NCBI GenBank assembly: GCA_040400605.1
Contig: JBBAPZ010000016.1
Span: 25,677 to 89,676, forward strand
Direction of reading: 5' to 3'
Length of the DNA: 64,000 nt
Source of the DNA: Candidatus Sericytochromatia bacterium
GTDB lineage: Bacteria > Cyanobacteriota > Sericytochromatia > S15B-MN24 > JAQBPE01
Within the stretch, counting starts at the first letter, position 1; every line of letters begins with the position of its first letter. Below, piece by piece: positions 1-10,379 of the stretch. Both the position numbers and the translations under genes were made by a program. The notes under the pieces were generated by a model. That model ran no database searches. It was given only the letters and a program-made list of their open reading frames with translations, and was not told the origin of the DNA.

Positions 1-2
1 TG

Positions 3-2030
3 ATGAAGGATCAAGTCGATAGCCTGCGCGCGCGCGGCATCGCGGCTGCCTATATCAACAGTTCATTGTCCTTCGACGAGCAGTCCCAGCGCTTGGCGGC
101 ACTGCAAGACGGGACGTTGCGTCTCATTTATGTTGCCCCCGAGCGTTTCAGGCACGCTGCGTTCTTGAATGCGCTGAAAGGGGTTCGTGTCGGATTGTTT
201 GCGGTAGACGAGGCACATTGCCTGTCGCAATGGGGGCACGATTTTCGCCCAGATTACCTGCGTTTGGGAACGTATGTCGCTGCGTGTGGCAATCCGGTTG
301 TGTTAGCAACCACCGCCACCGCGACGCCTGAGGTGCGAGACGATATTGTCACCCAACTGGGGTTGGTAAACCCGGAGGTTGTCGTGTCGGGTTTTAGCCG
401 ACCCAATCTGAAGTGGGTGGTGCGGTATACACCCACTGAAGACACCAAAATGGCCAAGTTGCGTGAGGTATTGGAAAAAGTGCCCGGTTCGGCGGTCGTA
501 TACGCTGCGACACGAAAAAAAGTGATGACACTGAGTGCAGCATTGCGGCACCAGGGGATTGAGGCGGTGCCTTATCACGCCGGAATGGATGAACGCGAGC
601 GCGCGTTGTGTCAGGAACGGTTCATGAGCGGTTCGGCGCGCGTGGTTGTTGCCACCAATGCTTTTGGGATGGGCATTGACAAGGCGGATGTACGGTCGGT
701 GATCCACGTTGATTTGCCAGGCACCTTGGAGGCGTATTACCAGGAAGCGGGTCGTGCGGGCCGTGATGGTCAATTGGCTTTTTGTGTTTTGTTGTTTTCG
801 CCTGCCGATCGCTACTTGCAGGAATTTTTCATTGACGGCGGCTCGCCGTCTGGCCAGATCATCCGCGAAGTGTATGACGTGCTGAAGGGCTCAGCATCAT
901 CGCCCATCTTTATCAGCCACGATGATTTGGCAGCACGATTGCGACGTAAAACCCACCCAATGGCAGTTGGTTCCGCGCTGACGCTACTTGAGCGACACGG
1001 CTTGATCGAACGGCAGGCACGGGGAATGACACCGGCTTTTTTGCAGTTACGCGTGTGGGGAGCCAGCGCACCGCGTAGTGCGGTGCAGCAACGCGTCATT
1101 GAGCACTGCCGCACGATACCGCAGATCGCATCGGGTGTGGCGATCGATTTGAATCAGTGGTGTGAGACCTTGAACTTGTCTCGCGACACCTTGATACAGA
1201 CCTTACAGGCGTTGCATCAAAAAAACGTAATCAGTTATGTCAGCCCAGCCCGCGCGCGCGGTATCACGGTACTGCATCGGGTGACGGACCCCTTGGCGAC
1301 CATGGACACCACTTTTTTGGAATCCAAGCGCGCGCGAGAACTGGCGCGACTTGAACGCGTGGTGGCATTTGCATACGGTGGTCGGTGCCGTCAGACCATG
1401 ATTCTGGCTTATTTTGGTGAGGTGACCAAGCAACCCTGCGGACGCTGTGATCACTGCCAGAAACGGGTGGATACCGGTCTTGCGAAATTGCCTGCGCTCG
1501 GCGCGACGCAACGGAATGACACCCCCGCAGTTGACCACCAACCGCCGTTGATCCGCCTCCGCGCGGTGCTGGCACGTGACGCCGGTCTTGGCGATTCTGC
1601 GATAGTTTCGGATGAGGTGCTTGCAAATCTGATTAAAGCGGCGCCACGCACCCTGGATGAATTGCGACGCATACCCGGCATGAATGAGGAGACGTTGCGC
1701 CATTTTGGCGATCAGTTATTGGGTGGACTCGTGGCGACACAAGAACTGCTGATGGGAAACGAGCGGAACACAATGTCAGTGCCTCACCAAGAAACACAGC
1801 GTGTCGCCCGCCGGCGCGAGCGCGTCGCTCATTTTTTTCGACAAGGACACGATTTGACGCTCATCGCCAACCGCTTGATGACCGACCCGGCGATTATCGA
1901 ACAAGACCTCGCTTGGCTATCCCGCGATGGCGCGATCGCCCTGGTGCCAGGCAGGGATTCCAAGCCAACTGATTTTGTGCTGACCACGCGCTCGGCTTCG
2001 TCTGACGAAGCCGGGCGACAAGCGAGATGA
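3..2030 (+). CDS. recQ: RecQ-family ATP-dependent DNA helicase (5'-truncated by window edge) with RQC zinc region and HRDC-like domain
   Basis: Motifs YVAPER, VDEAHCLSQWGHDFRPDY, TATAT, VATNAFGMGIDK, YYQEAGRAGRDG; CR...YFGE...CGRCDHC; HRDC-like segment PRTLDELRRIPGM. Confidence 0.92.
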   Translation: MKDQVDSLRARGIAAAYINSSLSFDEQSQRLAALQDGTLRLIYVAPERFRHAAFLNALKGVRVGLFAVDEAHCLSQWGHDFRPDYLRLGTYVAACGNPVVLATTATATPEVRDDIVTQLGLVNPEVVVSGFSRPNLKWVVRYTPTEDTKMAKLREVLEKVPGSAVVYAATRKKVMTLSAALRHQGIEAVPYHAGMDERERALCQERFMSGSARVVVATNAFGMGIDKADVRSVIHVDLPGTLEAYYQEAGRAGRDGQLAFCVLLFSPADRYLQEFFIDGGSPSGQIIREVYDVLKGSASSPIFISHDDLAARLRRKTHPMAVGSALTLLERHGLIERQARGMTPAFLQLRVWGASAPRSAVQQRVIEHCRTIPQIASGVAIDLNQWCETLNLSRDTLIQTLQALHQKNVISYVSPARARGITVLHRVTDPLATMDTTFLESKRARELARLERVVAFAYGGRCRQTMILAYFGEVTKQPCGRCDHCQKRVDTGLAKLPALGATQRNDTPAVDHQPPLIRLRAVLARDAGLGDSAIVSDEVLANLIKAAPRTLDELRRIPGMNEETLRHFGDQLLGGLVATQELLMGNERNTMSVPHQETQRVARRRERVAHFFRQGHDLTLIANRLMTDPAIIEQDLAWLSRDGAIALVPGRDSKPTDFVLTTRSASSDEAGRQAR

Positions 2031-2218
2031 GCGGCTTTTGGTCGTTCGGACGGAAGGCCGCGTATTTTTGAGCGGATTAACACACGCCTCAGCCTTAGTT
2101 TGCCCGATGTTTTGGGTAGGATTTCCGATAAGTGATTGATGGTGTCGGCCATCATCGGGTTCGTGGCGTTTGGGGTTTCAAGCAATGGCAAGCGGATGTT
2201 TGGGCGAGGTTTTTTAAA

Positions 2219-3094
2219 ATGATGTCGATGGAGACCCCGGCGATCGCGTGGTTGGATGGCAACATTCTTGCGCTCGCCGATGCGAAGTGTCGGGTTGAGG
2301 ATCGTGGGTTTTTGTTTGGTGACGGTGTCTATGAGGTGGTGCGTGCCTATGACCGTCAGTTGTTTGCAGCCGATGCCCACTGGTTGCGTCTGCGGCATAG
2401 CGCGCAAGGCATTGATCTTGAGTTGCCGATGTCACTTGAAGAGATTGCAGGGATCGCGGAAAACCTGCTGATGCGCAGTGGGTTGCGTGATGCGGAGATT
2501 TACGTTCAAGTAACCCGCGGTGCTGCCCGGCGTAACCATTTGTTTCCAACGAACACCCCCCCGACGTTGCTGATCTGGGTTCAGGCGCCCCGCTTGCCGT
2601 CCGTCGATCTCAAGGCAACGGGCGCCAGTGTCGTGACCTTGCCGGATGAGCGGTGGGCCCGTTGTCACCTCAAGACCATCAGTTTATTGGCGAACTGTCT
2701 CGCCAAAGAGGAGGCACGCCGGCGGGGTTGTGATGAAGCGATCCTGGTGCGTGATGGGTGGGTGACAGAGGGAACGAGCTGCAATGTCCTGCTCATTCGG
2801 GGTGATTTGATCGTGACACCCCCAACGGATCAACGCATTCTTCCCGGCGTCACGCGTGCGTGTGTCTTGGATCAGGCACCAAATCTCGGCATGGCCGTCG
2901 TGCAACGGCCGATCGCAGTCGGCGAACTTTTCGACGCGGATGAAATCATCCTGACAAGCACAATCATGGAATTGATGCCCGTACGGGTCATCGATGGATC
3001 TTTGGTGGGCGCAGGCCGTCCCGGGCCTGCATACCGAACGTTGGCGACCGCTTACAGTGAGCTGACGCATCGACAACTGCCATCTCCAAGCTGA
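2219..3094 (+). CDS. dat: Class IV PLP-dependent aminotransferase, D-amino-acid aminotransferase-like
   Basis: EDRGFLFGDGVYEV, YVQVTRG, RWARCHLKTISLL, VTEGTSCN, ILPGVTR; start placed at ATG 2219 after GAGG. Confidence 0.85.
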   Translation: MMSMETPAIAWLDGNILALADAKCRVEDRGFLFGDGVYEVVRAYDRQLFAADAHWLRLRHSAQGIDLELPMSLEEIAGIAENLLMRSGLRDAEIYVQVTRGAARRNHLFPTNTPPTLLIWVQAPRLPSVDLKATGASVVTLPDERWARCHLKTISLLANCLAKEEARRRGCDEAILVRDGWVTEGTSCNVLLIRGDLIVTPPTDQRILPGVTRACVLDQAPNLGMAVVQRPIAVGELFDADEIILTSTIMELMPVRVIDGSLVGAGRPGPAYRTLATAYSELTHRQLPSPS

Positions 3095-3282
3095 ATCGGT
3101 ACCCACGTCGAGGTTAATGGCTTCGCGAACGGAAGCGCAAGGTCCCCAGAAGATGCATCAACGTGGCTGGCAAGCGTTCAATGATTGGCAGGTCAACAAG
3201 CCTGTTTGGTTTTCAGAAACATCATTTTGTTTATTTGAGGGACCGTGCTACGATGGGCCATCGACAACGGGGTGAGGGTCAA

Positions 3283-4515
3283 ATGAGTCGTTTTGAAGAG
3301 ACCAACTATTATTTTCGACGGGCCGCAGCCGTGATGGATTTGGGTGAACGGATTCAGGCACTTTTGCTGAATCCTTACCGTGAAATTATCGTCACCATTC
3401 CACTTGAGCTGGATAGCGGCGAAATCTCAACGTTTACTGGATACCGGATTCAACACAACAATTCGCGTGGTCCATTCAAAGGCGGCTTGCGCTATCATCC
3501 GCAGGTGGATCTGGAAGAATCCAAGTCCCTGGCGTCTTTGATGACGTGGAAGACGGCCGTCGTCGAAGTCCCTTTCGGTGGTGCAAAAGGCGGCATCACG
3601 GTGGATCCAGCGCGACTGAGTCCCCGGGAGAACGAGCGACTGACGCGCAAGTTCATCCAGCAACTGCACGAAAACATTGGGCCCATGAAAGACATTCCTG
3701 CACCCGATGTTAATACAAACGGTCAGGTGATGGCGCACATCATGAGCGAATACTCCAAGTACTATGGTCATTCACCGGGGGTCGTGACGGGCAAACCCCT
3801 GGCACTGCATGGCTCGGAAGGGCGTGAGGAGGCCACGGGGCGAGGTGTTGTTTATGTGACGGAAGAGGCGTTACGTCTACAAAATAAGGCCGTTTCGGAC
3901 AGTCGGTTTGTGGTGCAGGGATTCGGAAACGTGGGTTCGCACACGTGTCGCCTGCTTCACGAACGCGGCGGGCGCGTGATTGCGACCAGCGATGTTTTTG
4001 GGGCGATTCACAATCCGGCAGGACTGGACATCGCTGCGCTCTTGGCGTGGGTGGCTGCGAATGGCACGGTGAAGGGCTTTCCACACGCGAGCGCCATCGA
4101 TGCAGGCGAGTTGCTGACCTTGCCGTGCGATGTGTTGATTCCCGCTGCGTTGGGACATGTGTTGACGCGGGACAATGCGCAAGACGTTCGCGCGTCGATG
4201 ATTGTGGAGGCAGCAAATGCACCAATCACACCAGAAGCGGATGAGATTTTTGAAAAAGCCGGCGTCATAGTCATACCCGACATATTGGCCAACGCCGGCG
4301 GGGTTACCGTATCGTATTTTGAATGGACACAAAACATTCAACAGTTTACCTGGGGTGTCGATAAAGTGAATGAAGAGTTGCAGCGCATTATGTTGCGCGC
4401 GTTTCAGACTGTTTACAGGGTGGCTCTCGAGAAGAAGCTCAGCATGCGTACGGCAGCGTTTGTTGTGGGAATCGGCCGCGTGGGTAAAGCAACCGTCTTA
4501 CAGGGTATTTCATGA
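3283..4515 (+). CDS. gdhA: Glu/Leu/Phe/Val dehydrogenase (glutamate dehydrogenase)
   Basis: GPFKGGLRYHP, PFGGAKGG, DIPAPDVNT, GREEATGRG, QGFGNVG, PDILANAGGVTVSYFEW. Confidence 0.93.
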   Translation: MSRFEETNYYFRRAAAVMDLGERIQALLLNPYREIIVTIPLELDSGEISTFTGYRIQHNNSRGPFKGGLRYHPQVDLEESKSLASLMTWKTAVVEVPFGGAKGGITVDPARLSPRENERLTRKFIQQLHENIGPMKDIPAPDVNTNGQVMAHIMSEYSKYYGHSPGVVTGKPLALHGSEGREEATGRGVVYVTEEALRLQNKAVSDSRFVVQGFGNVGSHTCRLLHERGGRVIATSDVFGAIHNPAGLDIAALLAWVAANGTVKGFPHASAIDAGELLTLPCDVLIPAALGHVLTRDNAQDVRASMIVEAANAPITPEADEIFEKAGVIVIPDILANAGGVTVSYFEWTQNIQQFTWGVDKVNEELQRIMLRAFQTVYRVALEKKLSMRTAAFVVGIGRVGKATVLQGIS

Positions 4516-4585
4516 TTAAAGGTGTTCAATGCTTCCTCAGGCACACGACGCTGTGTGTCGCTTCGTTGTTGAAGGAGGGTTAAAA

Positions 4586-5125
4586 ATGGAGATGACCGTG
4601 GCACCTGCAGCATTTTATGAATTGTCGTTGTTTGGCGGCATGAGTCCGGAGGAAGTGGATGCAATTGGTCGCTTGGCGACATTGATGCGTGTTCCTGCTG
4701 GTTCTCCGTTGTTTCTGGAGGGTGAGCAGGCGGCTTTTCTGGATATCATTTGGAGTGGCCAAGTTGAAATTGGAAAGTTGGATCGTGACGGCAACCCGCA
4801 GCTCATTGCACACATCCATGCGCCAGGCGTCGTTGGTGAAATGAGTGTGTTGAGTCACGGCAGTCGGAGTTGTACAGGGATCGCGGTCACCGAACTCGAA
4901 GTTTACCGCATCGCGCGGGAAGACTTTACATCACTGTTGGAGGCCGGGCATCTGGCAGCATACAAGGTGGGTTTAAACCTGGGACGCGTGATGAGTGCTC
5001 GCCTGCGTGCGATCGATGAAAAAGTGGTCAGTTTATTAACGACAAGCAAAGAAGTGGAAGCGGTCGAAACGCCGAGCGAGTTTGCAGCATTTCGCACAAA
5101 GCTATTCTCGGAATGGGTGTTCTGA
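4586..5125 (+). CDS. Stand-alone cyclic nucleotide-binding domain protein
   Basis: LFLEGE...IIWSGQVEI...VVGEMSVL...RSCT cNMP-binding pattern; SD AAGGAGG before ATG 4586; no obvious HTH. Confidence 0.82.
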   Translation: MEMTVAPAAFYELSLFGGMSPEEVDAIGRLATLMRVPAGSPLFLEGEQAAFLDIIWSGQVEIGKLDRDGNPQLIAHIHAPGVVGEMSVLSHGSRSCTGIAVTELEVYRIAREDFTSLLEAGHLAAYKVGLNLGRVMSARLRAIDEKVVSLLTTSKEVEAVETPSEFAAFRTKLFSEWVF

Positions 5126-5153
5126 AATCGTTTCGCGTGAGTAGGTGACAGGG

Positions 5154-5483
5154 TCAACTTCGGCGGATGGCTTCTTCGGGGATCCGCAACTGCTCGACGA
5201 CGGAGCCATCTTCTGCCGCGTCGATGATTGCATCAACATCGTCACAGGTGACTTTGCCGTACCAGATCCCTTGGGGATAGATCACGACAACGGGGCCCCA
5301 CGCACAGGTGTCCACACACGTACAGCCATCGAACTCAAGGCGAAGACGCAGTCCCCTTTCCATCACTCGACGCTTGAATGCCTCCAGTACAGCCGCGCTG
5401 CCCCGCGCTAGACAGCTACCGCGAGGATTTTCCGGGGCACGCGAGTTCTGACAGACAAACAGGTGAACAGTTGGTTTAGGCAC
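5154..5483 (-). CDS. Thioredoxin-like [2Fe-2S] ferredoxin
   Basis: HLFVCQN...GSC...TCVDTCAWGPVVVIYPQGIWYG; GTG start at 5483 after AGAGGA. Confidence 0.88.
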   Translation of the reverse strand: MPKPTVHLFVCQNSRAPENPRGSCLARGSAAVLEAFKRRVMERGLRLRLEFDGCTCVDTCAWGPVVVIYPQGIWYGKVTCDDVDAIIDAAEDGSVVEQLRIPEEAIRRS

Positions 5484-5494
5484 AATGCAATCCT

Positions 5495-5752
5495 CTAGCC
5501 GTAGTGGGGCAATGCTTCCGTATCTTGCGTCAGGCATTGTCGCACGCGGTCAACGTGACTGGTGTAAAGGCGTTTTTCCGCTTGATCGAAGACCAGATGG
5601 ACCTGGTTTGCCAGTTCGACCGTGCCACGGTAAACGATTTGCTGTCCTGGTTCGAGTGTGAGTGTTTGAGCACTTGGTCCGAGTGACAGATTGAAAACGG
5701 TGGGTTCAAGCACCCGGTGGATCCGATCGACTTGAAAGTGAAATGCCCCCAA
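5495..5752 (-). CDS. Small hypothetical protein (85 aa)
   Basis: Strong SD AAAGGAGG before TTG; fills the gap between dapF and the ferredoxin on the same strand. Confidence 0.65.
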   Translation of the reverse strand: MGAFHFQVDRIHRVLEPTVFNLSLGPSAQTLTLEPGQQIVYRGTVELANQVHLVFDQAEKRLYTSHVDRVRQCLTQDTEALPHYG

Positions 5753-5785
5753 GGGAATCCTCCTTTGTTTGCGTATCTGCCCCTA

Positions 5786-6637
5786 TCAGTTTAGCAGTTG
5801 GAATCGACCTTTAAACACAAACCGGGCATTTCCGGTCAAATACACGTGGTGATTGTCCTGCCAGGTCACCAGCAAAGTGCCACCGGGCAGCGTGACAGTC
5901 ACCGTTCGTTTCAGGCACTCATTCAGTACGCCGGCAACGACGATGGCGCAGGCTCCCGTCCCGCACGCCATGGTTTCGCCGACGCCCCGTTCCCATACAC
6001 GGGCCCGAACCGCGTGTGGGCTCACACGTTGGACGAACTCGACATTGGCGCGATCCGGGAACATAGGGTGACAGGACAACAAGGGTCCCCATTGGTCAAC
6101 AGGGGTGCTGTCCAGAGCGTCGACCCAGACAACGGCGTGAGGATTGCCCATCGATAAAGCCGTGATCGCCCACGTCTGATCGCCAATCACCAGCGGATAT
6201 TCGGCAATCCGCGTATCAAGTGGTCCAATCGCCGGAATATCCTGACAGGCCAGTTTTGGTTGCCCCATATCCAAGGTGATGTCACCACCGTTGGTCAAAA
6301 CGGCGTGACGCAGGCCATCGCGGGTCATGATGGGCCCTTGCTCATTGGGTTGCCAGGGCCAACGTTGCTGATCCACCAGATAGCGCACCACACAGCGCAA
6401 GCCATTGCCACACATCCCGGCCTCACTGCCGTCTGCATTGATTACCGTCATGCGAAACAGGTCTTGCGTGTCCTGACTCACCAACAAGACCCCATCAGCC
6501 CCGATGCCGCCACGCCGATCACAGATTCGAGACGCCAGTGACGCCCAGTCAAGCCCTGAGACGTCCTCAGCATCAATTACAATAAAATCGTTGCGGGTGC
6601 CTTCGTATTTGTAAAAAAGCAATTCCCCATCATTCAT
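5786..6637 (-). CDS. dapF: Diaminopimelate epimerase
   Basis: FYKYEGTRNDF, GIGADG, NADGSEAGMCGNGLRC, MGNPHAV, ERGVGETMACGTG. Confidence 0.95.
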   Translation of the reverse strand: MNDGELLFYKYEGTRNDFIVIDAEDVSGLDWASLASRICDRRGGIGADGVLLVSQDTQDLFRMTVINADGSEAGMCGNGLRCVVRYLVDQQRWPWQPNEQGPIMTRDGLRHAVLTNGGDITLDMGQPKLACQDIPAIGPLDTRIAEYPLVIGDQTWAITALSMGNPHAVVWVDALDSTPVDQWGPLLSCHPMFPDRANVEFVQRVSPHAVRARVWERGVGETMACGTGACAIVVAGVLNECLKRTVTVTLPGGTLLVTWQDNHHVYLTGNARFVFKGRFQLLN

Positions 6638-6704
6638 CAATCCTACCCTCCAATAGGCCGTCATCTGATATGTCAAAATTAACTGGGGTGCATCAAATGA
6701 AACC

Positions 6705-7634
6705 CTACGAACCGATAACCCAACGTTGAATGAGTTGCCCAGCCTTTAACGCGATTGAGTCAATGGGTTCCGCTGGATCCCTTGACAGCCAGTGGACCCG
6801 GGAATCCGCTCGAAACCAGGTCAACTGACGCTTGGCATACTGCCTGGTGTGCTGCGCCATCAAGGCGATCGCCTCGTCGCGGGAACACTGACCCTGCAAA
6901 AATCGGGCGATTTCGGCGTAACCCAAGGTGGCTAAAAGCGGATGATCCCACCCCCAACGCTCGCCTATCCGTGCGACTTCGGCTTCGAAGCCGGCATCGA
7001 GCATGCGCTCCACCCGGGCATCGATCGCCTCAAACAAGCGTGGCCGAGACACACCCACCCCGATCATCAGCAAGCGATACGGACACGCTTCCGTGCGTTG
7101 CAGTTCGCTGATGGGCGTCTTTGTCAGATGATAAACCTCTAGCGCGCGAATCAAACGGACCCGGTCATTGGGATGCAAACGCGCCGCAGTGACAGGGTCA
7201 ACCTGACTCAATTGCTCATGCAGGTTTTCCAGCTTGGCCAACGATGCCCGCAACGCACTGTTTGGTTCTCCAACCGGGAGACTCAATCCATCCAACACCG
7301 CACGGACATAAAGCCCGGTGCCGCCGACCAAAAACGGCAGGTATCCCTGTGAACGTCGATGCGCAATGGCTTCCTTGGCGAGGCTTTGAAAGCGTTTGAC
7401 ACTAAAGGTTTCATCAGGGCTGACCACATCGATCAGATCGTGCGGCACCGCTTTTTGCTCACAAGGGGTGGGTTTCGCTGTCCCGATGTCAAAACCCTGA
7501 TACACTTGCCGCGAATCCGCGGAGATAATGGCACCACGTTGGTGCTCGGCCAAATGCAAGGCCAGTGCCGACTTTCCGCTGGCGGTCGGCCCCACAATCA
7601 CGACCAGGGGAATGCCGGTTGGATCACCCAACAC
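6705..7634 (-). CDS. miaA: tRNA dimethylallyltransferase (start codon uncertain)
   Basis: GPTASGKS, ISADSRQVY, DIGTAKP, VGGTGLY, TRQYAKRQLTWF. Confidence 0.95.
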   Translation of the reverse strand: MLGDPTGIPLVVIVGPTASGKSALALHLAEHQRGAIISADSRQVYQGFDIGTAKPTPCEQKAVPHDLIDVVSPDETFSVKRFQSLAKEAIAHRRSQGYLPFLVGGTGLYVRAVLDGLSLPVGEPNSALRASLAKLENLHEQLSQVDPVTAARLHPNDRVRLIRALEVYHLTKTPISELQRTEACPYRLLMIGVGVSRPRLFEAIDARVERMLDAGFEAEVARIGERWGWDHPLLATLGYAEIARFLQGQCSRDEAIALMAQHTRQYAKRQLTWFRADSRVHWLSRDPAEPIDSIALKAGQLIQRWVIGS

Positions 7635-7835
7635 CAGTTCGGATGGCGGACCAGGATATTCATCACGAAACGCAGCGCACACACATGCACAATAATGCCC
7701 GCGCCCAAGACCGGTCAAGTCATCATCGCATGAGGGGCCATGGTTGGGTCCGGGTTCAAGTAGGGGTGATCGCCGTTGGCGCCATGTCGTTCACTGCGGA
7801 AAGTGGGTAAGATAGTGCAGGAGGATGCCCAGGCA

Positions 7836-8966
7836 ATGCCAGAATTTCAAATGGGTGCAATGCACAAAGTGCAAAACATCGTGCAGTTGAAACGTTTAAT
7901 GTTGCCTGTGCCTACCTTGGCCGCCACTGACAGCGTGAGTCGGGCGTTGCACGTGATGGCCCGTTCGCAGGCATCCGTGTTGCCGGTTGTTACCGGCACA
8001 TCACTGGTTGGCGTGGTGGCTGAAGTGGATTTGTTGGTGTGGATGATTCGGCAACGGGGTTCGCTGGGGTTTCTCGACCCTGACAAGGCCCACGATGCGA
8101 TGGTGATACAGGTCATGACCTCATCAGTTGCAGTGGGCTACGCGGAAGAAACACTCGACACGGTTTTGCCCCTGTTTGAAGAACGTCGGCTCAAAGCGAT
8201 TCCTGTGCTGGACACGCTGGATCGTTATCAGGGCATGTTGACCCGTCAAAGCGTGCTCGATGCTGTGACGCATCAGGCAAAGCCACCGCACATCGCGGGC
8301 CTGGCAACCTTTTGGGGCATACGTTTAAGCAATGGTGTCACACACACCGGTGTGCCGGATCGTTTGTTGGTGGCACACGGTGCCTTCTTAGCGTGGATTT
8401 TGCTCTCGGCACATGCTCTGGCACACGTGGTGCTGCCGAAAGTTGGCCCGTGGTATCTGGCTTTTTTTCCGGCTGCTGTCTGTATCGTGGCGCTTCTAGG
8501 GGTGATGCGTTTCAGTTCGTGGTCAGGCTATCACGCGGCGGAACATCAAGTGATGACGGCCATTGAGCGCACGGAAACGCTGACACCTGAAACGGTACGG
8601 GTGATGCCACGCATTCACGCGGATTGTGAGGCACGGGTGAGCATTCTGGCCGGTTTATTGACACTGCTGTTGTCCTTTTCGAAACTTGACGCCCGCGTCG
8701 CGATTGCACTGCTCACGGTGGCCTGGTTGGGACAACACCGCATGGCCTTGTGGCTCCAACGCCATATCGCGACCCGTCCAGCCAGTTGGAAACAGATCGT
8801 CCATAGCGTTGCGGTCGCCACCCAGTTGTTGCGAGAGCCGATGCTGTGGCCCGATGTGCCGATCGGCTGGTGGCAGCGTCTGTGGCACCAAGGCGTGCTC
8901 AGCATGGCATCCGGCGGGGCAATCGCCTGGATTGTGTGGACGACTGTGGGACTTTCCCGACATTAA
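7836..8966 (+). CDS. CBS-pair protein fused to a DUF1385-like membrane domain
   Basis: Two CBS repeats (LPVV...LVGVVAEVDL; IPVLD...YQGMLTRQSV) followed by TM segments and YHAAEH...LTPETV...PRIHADC, resembling the DUF1385 YHGAEH...RxHPRC motif. Confidence 0.7.
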   Translation: MPEFQMGAMHKVQNIVQLKRLMLPVPTLAATDSVSRALHVMARSQASVLPVVTGTSLVGVVAEVDLLVWMIRQRGSLGFLDPDKAHDAMVIQVMTSSVAVGYAEETLDTVLPLFEERRLKAIPVLDTLDRYQGMLTRQSVLDAVTHQAKPPHIAGLATFWGIRLSNGVTHTGVPDRLLVAHGAFLAWILLSAHALAHVVLPKVGPWYLAFFPAAVCIVALLGVMRFSSWSGYHAAEHQVMTAIERTETLTPETVRVMPRIHADCEARVSILAGLLTLLLSFSKLDARVAIALLTVAWLGQHRMALWLQRHIATRPASWKQIVHSVAVATQLLREPMLWPDVPIGWWQRLWHQGVLSMASGGAIAWIVWTTVGLSRH

Positions 8967-9112
8967 CATAAAATTGTGCCGCGTCCGGCCGTGATATGGG
9001 TTATGATTGAATCCAACGTTTTTGTCGATTGGTGCTGCTCGTGCGCGCATGGTACCTGCTCCTGACGTTCTGGCACCTGCATCGCACCTTTTCGCTGGGG
9101 AGACCGCTGTTC

Positions 9113-10204
9113 GTGAGTGCAAGCCTGTCTGGAATTTTAATGACCTTCCTCGTGTTGGGTGTTTTGATCACCATTCACGAGCTTGGACACTTTCTGGCCG
9201 CCAAATCCATCAAGGTACCCGTGCGACAGTTTGCCATCGGGTTTGGGCCGCGCCTGTTAGGATTTCAGTGGGGCGAGACCGAATGCCGCCTCAATGTGTT
9301 ACCACTTGGCGGCTACTGTGCGTTCGCAGACGACATGGACGGGGAACAGCAAGTTCCCCCGGAACAATTGCTTCGCTCACGTCCGATTTGGCAACGCACC
9401 TGGGTCATTTCTGCAGGCGTGTTATTCAATTTTGTCTCGGCGTGGTTCCTCTTGTTTGGTAGCAATGTAGGCCTGGGTATTCCCACCAACAACCAGGTCG
9501 TCTCCATCCGGCGTGTCCTGCCTGATACACCTGCGCAACAGTCCGGCTTGCAGGCGGGCGATCGCCTGCTGCAACTGGCGGGTGAATCCATTCAAGATTT
9601 TGGCGCATTCAGGGAACGTTTGGCGCAATTTAAAAACAAGCCAGTCGTCATCACCATCGACCGCGCAGGACAAACCCGTGACCTCACAGCGACCCCCACT
9701 GACAAAGGGACACTCGGTTTTTCTCCGAGTATCCGTCCCGAACGGGTCCCCGCGACCGGCCTGGGCGCGATTTTTGCTGCGACGAATGAACAGCAGCACC
9801 GCTATACGACGATGCTCGCCAATGCCTTGTATCAACTCTTTACCCAGCCCTCTGGCATGATGGACAAAACGGGAGGCCCCGTTGCCATTGTCGCGATGGG
9901 CGATCAGGTTTATCAGGATGACCCCTGGTTACTGCTGGAGTTCGCGGTCATTTTGTCAATCGAGCTTGCCTTGATTAACCTGTTACCGCTCCCGGCGTTG
10001 GACGGCGGACATCTGGTCATGCTTGCGCTTGAGAAAGTGCGCGGCAAACCGCTCCCACGGGCGGTCGAAGAGCGCATTCTGGTTACGGGCTTTACACTCT
10101 TGCTTGGGCTTGGCGTGATGCTGATCATCAAAGACCTTTTCACCGTTCCAGAGATGTACCGCCAGTCTGCACCCCCTGTCTCACCATCAACCCCAAAACC
10201 TTAA
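9113..10204 (+). CDS. rseP: RIP (site-2) metalloprotease with PDZ domain
   Basis: IHELGHF, FAIGFGP, PLGGYC, PDZ segment PAQQSGLQAGD, NLLPLPALDGG. Confidence 0.93.
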   Translation: MSASLSGILMTFLVLGVLITIHELGHFLAAKSIKVPVRQFAIGFGPRLLGFQWGETECRLNVLPLGGYCAFADDMDGEQQVPPEQLLRSRPIWQRTWVISAGVLFNFVSAWFLLFGSNVGLGIPTNNQVVSIRRVLPDTPAQQSGLQAGDRLLQLAGESIQDFGAFRERLAQFKNKPVVITIDRAGQTRDLTATPTDKGTLGFSPSIRPERVPATGLGAIFAATNEQQHRYTTMLANALYQLFTQPSGMMDKTGGPVAIVAMGDQVYQDDPWLLLEFAVILSIELALINLLPLPALDGGHLVMLALEKVRGKPLPRAVEERILVTGFTLLLGLGVMLIIKDLFTVPEMYRQSAPPVSPSTPKP

Positions 10205-10250
10205 TCGGTTCAACAGGCGCCATTCGTCGAGAGACGACGACCGAGCATCA

Positions 10251-10297
10251 AAAAAAAGACCCATCGACTTTCACGCCTCAGTCGATGGGGTTGTTTG
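10251..10297. terminator. Probable bidirectional intrinsic terminator between convergent genes
   Basis: A7, then stem CCCATCGACT (10260-10269) / AGTCGATGGG (10280-10289), then GTTGTTT. Confidence 0.75.
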
Positions 10298-10379
10298 ATA
10301 GGGGGCCGTTGCGATGCACCTTAAGCGCGCGCGTGCGCAGACGACTGACGCAACGGGCCCACCCAGGTCACGCGCGCGT

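Noticed and set aside
8961..8988. dif-like half-site CATTAACATAA
   Set aside because: Resembles a XerD arm, but no XerC arm follows the 6-bp spacer
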